Under the pieces are notes generated by a model. That model made no database searches and was not told where the DNA came from. It saw nothing but the letters and a program-made list of their open reading frames with translations. A stretch of DNA of 64,000 bases from Thiomargarita sp. (GTDB lineage: Bacteria > Pseudomonadota > Gammaproteobacteria > Beggiatoales > Beggiatoaceae): NCBI GenBank assembly GCA_020718845.1, contig DYRG01000004.1, forward strand, positions 15,154 to 79,153, written 5' to 3'. Positions 56,751 through 64,000 of the stretch are shown here, piece after piece (positions within the stretch are counted from its first letter, which is position 1; the number at the start of each line of letters is the position of its first letter). The position numbers were made by a program, and so were the translations under genes.

Positions 56751-57320
56751 ATGGGAATGCCCGCGCAAATTTTATATTATACGCCAGAACAATATTTAGA
56801 AGATGAGTTACAAAGAACTTATCGTTGTGAATACATTGATGGTCAAATCTTTGCAATGGCTGGTGCGAGTTGGGCACATAATGCAATTTCTTTAAATATC
56901 GGAGGAATACTTAATTCTCATTTAGCAAAATCTCCTTGTCAAACCTTTGTTAATGATATGAAAGTTAATATCAAACACGCAAAAGGAGAATGTTTTTACT
57001 ATCCCGATATTGTAGTAGGATGCCCGTCCAAAAATAATCATAAATATTATTTAGAGCAACCGTTGTTGATTATTGAGGTTTTATCAGAAAGTACCGAAAA
57101 AATTGATCGGCGAGAGAAACTTTTAGCGTATCAAACGATTTCAAGTTTAAAAGAATATGTGATCGTTTCTCAAGATGAGATTTTAGTTGAAATCTATCGT
57201 CGTGATGATCAAAATAAATGGTGGAAAACTGATTTTATAGGAGAGGAAATAGTCGAATTAAAATCAGTAGATTTATCATTGAAAATGTCGCAAATTTATC
57301 TCAAAAGTGGCGTGATTTGA
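56751..57320 (+). CDS. Uma2-family (DUF820) putative endonuclease
   Basis: EY..G.I..M.G.S..H, the PD...V catalytic-core arrangement, and PLLIIEVLSEST...DR..K...Y......EY..V fit the Uma2 pattern. Confidence 0.75.
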   Translation: MGMPAQILYYTPEQYLEDELQRTYRCEYIDGQIFAMAGASWAHNAISLNIGGILNSHLAKSPCQTFVNDMKVNIKHAKGECFYYPDIVVGCPSKNNHKYYLEQPLLIIEVLSESTEKIDRREKLLAYQTISSLKEYVIVSQDEILVEIYRRDDQNKWWKTDFIGEEIVELKSVDLSLKMSQIYLKSGVI

Positions 57321-57323
57321 AAT

Positions 57324-58226
57324 ATGTATTATAGCTATTATGGATTGAGTGAACCACCGTTTAGAATTACCCCTGATCCGCGTTTGTTTTATGTAGGTGG
57401 AGAACGGGGCTTAATTTTGAATGCGTTATTGTATGCAATTAATAATGGCGAAGGGATTATAAAAGTAGTGGGTGAAGTGGGTAGTGGAAAGACGATGTTA
57501 TGTCGAATGTTACCTGAAGAACTGACTTCAAAAGTTGAAATACTTTATTTAGCAAATCCACGTTTAACGCCAGATACGATTTTGCAAGCCGTTGCATTAG
57601 AAATGCAATTAAATCTTCCTTCCGATGCAAACCGATTAGAAATTCTTCATGCTTTACAAACAACTTTATTAGAAAAACATACCCAAAATAAGCAAGTTGT
57701 TTTATTAATCGAAGAAGCGCAAAGTATGCCGCTAGAAACCCTCGAAGAAATCCGCTTATTAAGCAACTTAGAAACCACTACGCATAAACTTTTACAAATC
57801 GTTTTATTTGGACAACCAGAATTAGACGATAACCTTTCTCAAACCCATATTCGTCAAATAAAAGAACGCATTACCCATAGTTTCTATTTGAAACCACTTT
57901 CTCAAAAAGATATTGCTGCGTACATTGATTTTCGTTTGAGAATAGTGGGTTACAAAGGACCACCATTGTTTAATAAACGTGCAATCAAATATTTAACAAA
58001 ATATTCAAAAGGATTATTAAGAAGAGTTAATATTTTAGCGGATAAAGCGATGTTAGCAGCGTTTGCAGAAAATACTTATTTTGTTAAAGCAAAACATATG
58101 CACCAAGCCGCACAAGATAGTGGTTTTACAACGGATTCACAACAAACCATCTTATTGTATTTTCTAGTTTTTTTGATTGCAATTGGAATTGTTTGGTTTG
58201 TTGGAATTGAGAAACTTTATTTGTAA
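57324..58226 (+). CDS. ExeA-like AAA+ ATPase with C-terminal TM anchor
   Basis: YGL.E.PF...PD.R.F is present. Walker A is GEVGSGKTMLCR and Walker B is VLLIEEAQ. The blocks L.IVLFGQPEL and the C-terminal hydrophobic ILLYFLVFLIAIGIVWFVGI also fit. Confidence 0.7.
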   Translation: MYYSYYGLSEPPFRITPDPRLFYVGGERGLILNALLYAINNGEGIIKVVGEVGSGKTMLCRMLPEELTSKVEILYLANPRLTPDTILQAVALEMQLNLPSDANRLEILHALQTTLLEKHTQNKQVVLLIEEAQSMPLETLEEIRLLSNLETTTHKLLQIVLFGQPELDDNLSQTHIRQIKERITHSFYLKPLSQKDIAAYIDFRLRIVGYKGPPLFNKRAIKYLTKYSKGLLRRVNILADKAMLAAFAENTYFVKAKHMHQAAQDSGFTTDSQQTILLYFLVFLIAIGIVWFVGIEKLYL

Positions 58227-59329
58227 GAACGCAAATAATACCATTCAAAGAATTTCTTTGCTTGGTGAAATAAAGGATTACGCATATTTAAAGCGCGTTT
58301 CAAATCTCGATAGATCAAAATACCACTATCTAAAGAATCCACAATACAAATCAATTCAACTTTGAATCTTTCTGTAGTGTTTTGAAGTAAATTTTTAACG
58401 GCGGTTTTTGCTTGTAAATCAGCAAGATGCGCTTGTTTAGGAATCCAATCAGGTCCGGGAAAACTACCCGCATCGCCCGCGATAAAAATATCTTTAAAAT
58501 CAGGCACTCGGCATTGTGCATCACCTTGAATGAAACCGCCCACACTTAATGGCAAACCGCTTTTTTCTGCCCACGCAGGTCCAGTCATGCCCGGCATAAA
58601 TAACGTCAAATCGCTTTTTAATTCAGTTTTCTCGGTTAAAATGCTGTGTGGCGTGAAACCTTTTAATTTCTCGCCCAAATGGGTTTTAATACCACGTTTT
58701 TGCATTTCTTGCAATAAAGCTGAAACCGCTTTTTCTCCCAATCTTTTACCCGGTTCGGTGACAGGATTGAAAAAGAGTAATTCAAAATTTTCTCGGCGTT
58801 TTTGTTTGCGCAATAAGGTATCAATTCCAAACAAAAATTCAAAGACGGGTCCACCACGCATTGCGGAAGGTTCATTAGGATTTCCAGCGAAACCAAAAGC
58901 TAATGTTCCTTCTTTTAAATTGTTTAATTTATCAGTGTAATTTTGAACCGAAGCGAAACTTTCGCAAGGAATACAAATATTTTCAATTCCAGAAAGTTTT
59001 TTAATGAAACGTCCACCACTGGCAATGATGAGTTTTTCGTAAGAGAAATCACCTTGATCAGTTTGAACAAGGTTATTTTGAGGATTCAAACCCGTGACAG
59101 AAGCCGCTGTGAAATCAACTTTCATGCGTTTAAAGAAAGAATTCAAATCAACGGTCAAATCCTGTTCATTACGCAACCCAGCAGGCACCCAAATTAAACT
59201 AGGATAATAAAATAATTGAGGTTTGGGGGCGATCAATTTGATTTGACCTTGAAAGCCAGAAGTGCGGAGTTGTTTAACTGCGGTTAAAGCACCAAAACCC
59301 GCCCCTAAAATCGTAATTTCTTTAATCAT
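58217..59329 (-). CDS. FAD/NAD(P)-dependent oxidoreductase of the SQR / NDH-2 structural family
   Basis: The N-terminus has ITILGAGFGALTAVKQL (GxGxxG). YEKLIIASGG and the late IFIAGDAG fit the fold. The region aligned to the SQR Cys-containing loop reads MRGGPVFEFLF, with no Cys. At 370 aa it is shorter than typical SQRs. Confidence 0.7.
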   Translation of the reverse strand: MIKEITILGAGFGALTAVKQLRTSGFQGQIKLIAPKPQLFYYPSLIWVPAGLRNEQDLTVDLNSFFKRMKVDFTAASVTGLNPQNNLVQTDQGDFSYEKLIIASGGRFIKKLSGIENICIPCESFASVQNYTDKLNNLKEGTLAFGFAGNPNEPSAMRGGPVFEFLFGIDTLLRKQKRRENFELLFFNPVTEPGKRLGEKAVSALLQEMQKRGIKTHLGEKLKGFTPHSILTEKTELKSDLTLFMPGMTGPAWAEKSGLPLSVGGFIQGDAQCRVPDFKDIFIAGDAGSFPGPDWIPKQAHLADLQAKTAVKNLLQNTTERFKVELICIVDSLDSGILIYRDLKRALNMRNPLFHQAKKFFEWYYLRSYK

Positions 59330-60003
59330 CTTTTATACACCAATGAAGGACGTAGACGTTCTAAATAATCGTCTAAATTCAGAGAAATTAGAGCAGAAAT
59401 TGAGAACAAGGTTGAAAGTACATCTAAACTTGAATCGGCTTGGCTTGCAACTCTAATGCGTTGTAAAAAATCATAATTTACGGTTTGTATTTCAGTAAAT
59501 TGCTCTTTTAATCCATCCAATGACAAATCGGGTTGTCCGCCTTCTTTGTACACATAATATTGGGTCATTAAATAGAAAGAAGTTACTCTAAAAAGCACTT
59601 CTTCCAATGAAGCAAAAGGCAAATGATAATTCGCCAAACCTTTTAAGCTAGAAAGCACGGGACAACTACTGGTTGCCATTACAAAACCAATCAAAGAACG
59701 CAAACCAGTTTGAGCATCGCAATGTTTGGAGTATTCTCTTTCTGGTGTTTTAACGCGCACATCAGTTTCATCAAAAGAAAGTATTTCACCAAATGCAACA
59801 ATAATTTCTTTTGCATCAATGGCAACTGGGCAATGGGTATGTTGTTCACTAGAAAGGGGGCAGTTGCTACATTTTTGAAATTCTAGCACTGTCCATTCGG
59901 GGTATTTTTCTTTAGGAAGTTTTGTTTCACGGGTGCGATCAAAAGGTACGGAATATTCAAGCGTTTTTCCGCTTTCTAAACTGAAGATGTACTCAATGAC
60001 CAT
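59326..60003 (-). CDS. Conserved-Cys4 hypothetical protein, paralog A
   Basis: By eye, about half of the positions are identical to paralog B. Shared blocks are IEY.F.LE.GK.L.Y, C.NCPLSSE...HCP.AIDA.EI, VKTP.REY, DAQTGLR.LIGFVMA.S.CP.LS and HLPFAS. I chose ATG 60003 by analogy with paralog B. The stop overlaps the oxidoreductase start (ATGA). Confidence 0.7.
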   Translation of the reverse strand: MVIEYIFSLESGKTLEYSVPFDRTRETKLPKEKYPEWTVLEFQKCSNCPLSSEQHTHCPVAIDAKEIIVAFGEILSFDETDVRVKTPEREYSKHCDAQTGLRSLIGFVMATSSCPVLSSLKGLANYHLPFASLEEVLFRVTSFYLMTQYYVYKEGGQPDLSLDGLKEQFTEIQTVNYDFLQRIRVASQADSSLDVLSTLFSISALISLNLDDYLERLRPSLVYKR

Positions 60004-60029
60004 TGGGTTGTCTCGCATGGTCGATCCTT

Positions 60030-60698
60030 TTATTCAAATAAGTGTTGGATTTCTTTTAAGTGCCGTTCTAATGATAATGAAAGCATCGATGCAATCGTGA
60101 ACAACGTTGCTAACACATTTAAATTAGAATCTGCTTCACAACCTGCACGAATGCGTTCCAAGAAATTGAAATTAACGGCTTGTACTTCTTGGAAATATAG
60201 CTTCAAACCATTTAGTTCTAAATCAGGGGGTTGCCCTTTCTTATACTGAAAATATTGGCGTAATAAATACGAAGAAACCATCCGATAAACCGTATCATCC
60301 ATTGAAGCAAATGGCAAATGAAAATACGCCATTCCTCGCATTGTTGAAAGAATCGGACACGCACTGCTCGCCATTACAAAACCAATTAACGCCCGCAAAC
60401 CAGTTTGTGCGTCGGTAAATTTGAAATATTCACGGTCGGGGGTTTTAACGGTAATTGAAGCGGCTTTGCAAGATAATATCTCATTGAATCCAGCGACAAT
60501 TTCGTGTGCATCGATGGCAGCGGGACAATGCGAGTATTCTTCGGAAGAAAGAGGACAATTAGGGCAACGATGGAAAGTCAACTGCGTCCAAACAGGATGT
60601 TGCTCTAAATTAAGCATTTTCTCGCGTGGGCGATTAAAATCGATATGATAGGTTAGAACCTTGCCATCTTCGAGAGTAAAAGTGTATTCAATATACAT
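60030..60698 (-). CDS. Conserved-Cys4 hypothetical protein, paralog B
   Basis: See paralog A. Cys45, Cys48, Cys58 and Cys114 occupy identical positions in both proteins. I recognise no family. Confidence 0.7.
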   Translation of the reverse strand: MYIEYTFTLEDGKVLTYHIDFNRPREKMLNLEQHPVWTQLTFHRCPNCPLSSEEYSHCPAAIDAHEIVAGFNEILSCKAASITVKTPDREYFKFTDAQTGLRALIGFVMASSACPILSTMRGMAYFHLPFASMDDTVYRMVSSYLLRQYFQYKKGQPPDLELNGLKLYFQEVQAVNFNFLERIRAGCEADSNLNVLATLFTIASMLSLSLERHLKEIQHLFE

Positions 60699-60800
60699 TA
60701 TATCTATTTCCTATCAGTGGGGCGTTTGCGAAATAGAGCAAAACACATACCGAAAAGCATAGAACCGCTGGAAGAAAATAAGAAAGGCTAACCAAAAAGA

Positions 60801-60887
<87 letters not shown>

Positions 60888-60899
60888 TCTAAAAATGAA

Positions 60900-60928
60900 A
60901 TTATAACAAAACATTTTTTATTTGACTA
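60900..60928 (-). promoter_or_regulatory. Candidate sigma70 promoter for tRNA-Leu
   Basis: On the minus strand there is TAGTCA (-35-like, 60923-60928), a 17-nt spacer and TATAAT (60900-60905). The -10 element lies 12 nt upstream of the mature tRNA 5' end. Confidence 0.35.
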
Positions 60929-61310
60929 GCTCTTTTTTTAAGGAGATAACCAACCCGTGAATTAATCACGTTCTCAAATCTCGCTTTAATCATATCATTA
61001 TTCAATCCAATAAAAAACCTATCGTGCAAAAGTTACGTTTAGATAAATTTTTTAACCATAAAATCAATATGTTACAAATAAAGGGTTTATGATTTTTAGA
61101 TATTAATTTTTAAAAATGCGGCTTAAACGTGAATTTTGAATTTATAACGTATTGTTTTTAAAGGTATTAAAATTTGAGATTCCCAAATGCGGGTTATTTA
61201 TTATAAATCAAAGAGATACGGTTTATGCTTTTGAGAAGGGTTAAAGTAAAAACAAAAAAGCCTAGCAAGATATTTTGTTAGGCTTTTGTTTTGTATGGAA
61301 AATCAAGGGG

Positions 61311-62351
61311 TTATTTAGGGAGTTCGCAGAGACCTTGGGTAGTTTTTTGGCTTATCATTTTGTGGTCTTTATCAAAGACATAGATATGACATTCGTTACC
61401 ATTTGCGCCTGTGCTGTCAAATAACCAAGTTTTTGCGTTGTTTAGATCATCGTCGTTGTCGGTGAAGTCGACGGGATGCTTTTCTTGCTCAAGGATTTTT
61501 TTGCGGTCGCCTTTAGCATTGTTAATTGCGTCGGCTAATGCGGCGGCGGCATCGGCTGCGCCATCATCACCATCGTCGGCGGGCGGGGGTTCATCGTTGC
61601 TTTGATCGCTGTCTGGCAAAGGAGGACCTTCGGGATCGATCTCATTTAATTGAGAACCTAAAAACACGCTGTCGCAGTATTCAAACCAATACAATAGGAC
61701 TTGCTCGACTTCAGCGACGGTATTTGCTTCGGGATCGTGTTTGAGGCTTTTGTAATGGGTTTGTAAAATCCCTGGATGCAATTTAACTGCTTGTTTTTTA
61801 TGGTTTTGATACGTCATCAAATCCGAATTAAACTGATTGCGGGTTTTTTCGTCTGCGTCTTTGGGGATGGGCGTTTGCACATAATGTCCACACAATTCGA
61901 TGGCAGATTTTACGACGGGCATAACGCTATCGTTTAATTTTTTGACGGCTTCGGCTTGCTGAGGTGCAAGTTGTTGAAAGTGCTCAGTTTGTTTTGCAAC
62001 TTGTTCTTGGGCTTGAGAAATCTTGGCGACCAATTCGGTTTGACATTGCTCGTAAAGTGCGTTGTAAGGTTTGTCGCCCAATTGAGGATATTTGGATTTA
62101 TAGACGGTATCCAGTTTGACGATGTTGGGATTGAGCACGGTGGCGGCGTTGCGATAAGATTCGTACTTTTTGAAGTACCGCTGCAACACTTTGAGCGCGA
62201 CCATACTTTTAGGCGCAGGCAACACTAAGCCCTGTTCACAATACGCGAACGCCACTTGAATTTTTTTGTCGGCAGGGTTTGCATCGTCGGCGTGAACCGC
62301 GCTCGCTAAACCAATCGCCCCGAGAATGCTTAATACGCTAAAACGTTTCAT
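61311..62351 (-). CDS. Secreted hypothetical protein with acidic Asp/Pro/Ala low-complexity segment
   Basis: A signal peptide is present (MKRFSVLSILGAIGLASAVHA). I preferred ATG 62351 because the crcB terminator T-run covers the alternative GTG 62366. I recognise no family. Confidence 0.6.
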   Translation of the reverse strand: MKRFSVLSILGAIGLASAVHADDANPADKKIQVAFAYCEQGLVLPAPKSMVALKVLQRYFKKYESYRNAATVLNPNIVKLDTVYKSKYPQLGDKPYNALYEQCQTELVAKISQAQEQVAKQTEHFQQLAPQQAEAVKKLNDSVMPVVKSAIELCGHYVQTPIPKDADEKTRNQFNSDLMTYQNHKKQAVKLHPGILQTHYKSLKHDPEANTVAEVEQVLLYWFEYCDSVFLGSQLNEIDPEGPPLPDSDQSNDEPPPADDGDDGAADAAAALADAINNAKGDRKKILEQEKHPVDFTDNDDDLNNAKTWLFDSTGANGNECHIYVFDKDHKMISQKTTQGLCELPK

Positions 62352-62366
62352 GATTGCATCTAACAC

Positions 62367-62400
62367 GAAAAACCGCTTAACAGTATAGTCAGATTAAGCG
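62367..62400 (-). terminator. Rho-independent terminator downstream of crcB
   Basis: CGCTTAA (62374-62380) pairs with TTAAGCG (62394-62400) around a 13-nt loop. On the minus strand GTTTTTC follows. Confidence 0.6.
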
Positions 62401-62420
62401 CGCTTTGCACCTATTTTTAA

Positions 62421-62795
62421 TCAGAGATGTTGTCCAACTTTTAAGCCCAACGCCGCTGCGCCCACGCATAAAACTACGCTTAAACCCATATATAACAATG
62501 CCTTAAAGGTTTCGTCGGCTAAGAATAAGTGTAAGGTTTCCAAAGAAAAACTCGAAAAAGTCGTAAAACCGCCCAAAAATCCTACCAAAATTGTCGTTCG
62601 CCACACCGCATCGAGATCAAGATGTTCGACCAATACAATCGCCAACAATCCCATCAAAAACGACCCTAACACATTGATTGTTAAAGTCCCAAACGGAAAA
62701 TCTCGCCCCAACCACGCCACCATCACCGACGACATCAAAAACCTCAATATCGATCCCAATGCCCCACCAATCCCTACCATCATGATTTGTAACAT
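62421..62795 (-). CDS. crcB: Fluoride ion channel CrcB/Fluc
   Basis: A 124-aa protein with 4 TM segments. The blocks GG.LGS..R, FP.GTL.IN..GSF..G and GF.GGFTTFSSF are canonical CrcB. Confidence 0.9.
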   Translation of the reverse strand: MLQIMMVGIGGALGSILRFLMSSVMVAWLGRDFPFGTLTINVLGSFLMGLLAIVLVEHLDLDAVWRTTILVGFLGGFTTFSSFSLETLHLFLADETFKALLYMGLSVVLCVGAAALGLKVGQHL

Positions 62796-62989
62796 TTTTT
62801 CTCCAAAAAATAGATTTAATACTCGAAACTTGCTTGTATTTTAGATAGCCATTACAACGGTATTTTGCTTATTTTATCTCAATTGAGAAAAATATTTGAT
62901 GAGGTCGACTAAAATCGTAGCGATCTTATTACGTTGGGAGAAGTGGATTAATTGAATTAAATGGATTTCTAGGTTGGTAAAGTTCAGTA

Positions 62990-63018
62990 AAAGAAAATCC
63001 TCTCATGAAAGAGAGGAA
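62990..63018 (-). terminator. Rho-independent terminator
   Basis: TCCTCTC (62998-63004) pairs with GAGAGGA (63011-63017) around an ATGAAA loop. A T-rich tract follows on the minus strand. It lies just downstream of the small ORF ending at 63035. Confidence 0.6.
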
Positions 63019-63034
63019 AGGAAATGAACTTAAA

Positions 63035-63232
63035 TTAAGAAGCCTTGACAACATCGTTAGCGGCATCGATGCTCACTGCGCCCTGTGCGGCTAAAGAATT
63101 GACGGCTGCCGTTAATGCCGCCGCATCGCCCAAACTTCCCCACGGGCTGCTCGGATTGGTGATTAAAAACATCGAAGATTCACCACCGAAATCTTTCAAA
63201 ATGCCTAAGACTTTGCTCTCCAAGTCACTCAT
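63035..63232 (-). CDS. Small (65-aa) hypothetical protein
   Basis: ATG 63232 gives MSDLESKVLGILKDFGGESSMFLITNPSSPWGSLGDAAALTAAVNSLAAQGAVSIDAANDVVKAS. A terminator follows. The longer ORF-track version overlaps psiE and looks non-coding (Cys/Trp/His-rich). I recognise no family. Confidence 0.35.
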   Translation of the reverse strand: MSDLESKVLGILKDFGGESSMFLITNPSSPWGSLGDAAALTAAVNSLAAQGAVSIDAANDVVKAS

Positions 63233-63320
63233 AATATGTACCTGCTGATGTATATTGAAAAAGTTATCCCACAATGATTTTACCCGTTTCCCACGCGCTT
63301 TGTGAATAGAAAAATCGTCT

Positions 63321-63755
63321 TCATGTGGAGGGAGGAATTTTAGGGGGTATTTCGCCCAGTTCTTTGTAAGGGAATTTAATATGACCAAATCGAACCACCA
63401 ACACCGCCAATGACAACAACAAAATCGCCGATGCAATCCCGATCATTTGAGGTGAATTTAAGGCTTTCATATCTAAAGTTAAATAGCGCGCCAATGCAAC
63501 CATTGCAATGTACAACGGCATTCGAACGGGTAATTGTCCCGATTCCCAAAATGCGCCAACCATTGAAATAACCTCTAAGTATATGAAAAATAACAATAAA
63601 TCCGCTAAAACCACATTGCCGCGCACAACGACATCACGAACTTCTTGCGCCATTGCGACCACGACGGCTATTAAAATAAAAACCAAGCCCACATCTTCCA
63701 ATAATCCAACAATGCGTTGCCCATACGTCTTTCCCCATTTTCTATCGTGTGACAT
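63321..63755 (-). CDS. psiE: Phosphate-starvation-inducible protein PsiE-family membrane protein
   Basis: LLLFFIYLEVISMVGAFWESGQLPVRMPLYIAMVALARYLTLD matches the conserved PsiE core. There are four TM segments. Confidence 0.8.
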   Translation of the reverse strand: MSHDRKWGKTYGQRIVGLLEDVGLVFILIAVVVAMAQEVRDVVVRGNVVLADLLLFFIYLEVISMVGAFWESGQLPVRMPLYIAMVALARYLTLDMKALNSPQMIGIASAILLLSLAVLVVRFGHIKFPYKELGEIPPKIPPST

Positions 63756-63828
63756 AATGCTTTCTCCGCCTTAAATATCGATATTATAATGATTTCCTTT
63801 TCATAAAACCAATTTTGAGGATTATACA

Positions 63829-64000
63829 ATGTTACAACAATTAATCTATATGAGCGTTTCTGCAAAAGAATTAAGCTCAAAAGATTTAGAACAAATTTTA
63901 AATGCAAGTCGCCGCAATAACCTAGAGAAAAACGTGACGGGTTTATTGGTGATCAAAGGAAAAACCTTTCTACAAGTCTTAGAAGGTGAAAGCCAAATCA
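63829..64000 (+). CDS. BLUF (blue-light sensor using FAD) domain protein, 3'-truncated by window end
   Basis: MLQQLIYMSVSAKELSSKDLEQILNASRRNNLEKNVTGLLVIKGKTFLQVLEGES follows the BLUF N-terminal pattern (L.YxS......DL..IL..SR.NN....[IV]TG.L.......F.Q.LEG). This includes the conserved Tyr (LIY) and Gln (LQVLEG) positions. Confidence 0.8.
   Translation, partial: MLQQLIYMSVSAKELSSKDLEQILNASRRNNLEKNVTGLLVIKGKTFLQVLEGESQI

Noticed and set aside
62796-63034. Looked for a fluoride (crcB-motif) riboswitch upstream of crcB.
   Set aside because: Reading the minus strand, I could not find the conserved GGxGAUGxxxxxCxCC...CUGAUGxxxCCU-type core. A GATGAGGTCGAC-like string is present, but it is on the wrong strand and lacks the second half of the motif. 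A covariance-model scan (Rfam RF01734) would be decisive.
63233-63436. N-terminal 68 codons of the 133-aa ORF 63035..63436.
   Set aside because: This stretch overlaps the 3' part of psiE in another frame. It encodes an implausible Cys/Trp/His-rich peptide (MHRRFCCCHWRCWWF). I kept only the downstream ATG 63232 version, at low confidence.

Overview
This is a 64-kb chromosomal window from an AT-rich gammaproteobacterium. The gene content includes Tat-signal SoxB, an SQR/NDH-2-like flavoprotein, an alpha-carbonic anhydrase, PilX and a giant PilY1, a Uma2 nuclease and an IS630 remnant. That mix suggests a Thiotrichales/Beggiatoa-like sulfur oxidiser, but this is inference only. I can support about 57 CDSs, one tRNA-Leu(CAA), several rho-independent terminators, a two-copy palindromic intergenic repeat and one IS630-type transposase remnant. 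I saw no rRNA, no CRISPR array, no intact mobile element and no prophage. Most of the window is housekeeping: clpSA, dnaG, nnr, orn, hda, ftsX, ccmDE, mtnA, fabAB, gmd, a ubiH-family gene, ruvX, yqgE, ridA and crcB.

The standout is the first 10.7 kb, a tightly packed and partly overlapping 8-gene plus-strand operon. It encodes:
- a 1718-aa protein built from a tandem ~590-aa duplication carrying four phycobiliprotein-like Cys-x-[RK]-D motifs;
- an adrenodoxin-type 2Fe-2S ferredoxin with a C-terminal extension;
- two V4R (4-vinyl-reductase-type) small-molecule-binding proteins;
- a stand-alone 188-aa phycobiliprotein-like globin that keeps the Cys-81 position;
- a disordered protein with a duplicated FFxSLP[FW] motif;
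- a non-RD Hanks-type Ser/Thr kinase fused to a degenerate WD40-like region;
- a 202-aa unknown protein.

I propose this operon is an undescribed tetrapyrrole/bilin- or redox-linked sensory system in a non-photosynthetic bacterium. A BLUF blue-light sensor gene starts at the other end of the window.

Secondary points of interest:
- a 2084-aa PilY1 whose vWA domain is split by four copies of a ~200-aa module;
- a strongly AT-rich orphan type IIG-like N6-adenine methyltransferase that lacks a nuclease domain;
- two tandem paralogous proteins with four conserved Cys, translationally coupled to an SQR-like flavoprotein next to tRNA-Leu;
- several split operons: ccmDE without ccmABC/F, ftsX without ftsE but coupled to a GGDEF-EAL gene, and an OMF-MFP pair without a pump.
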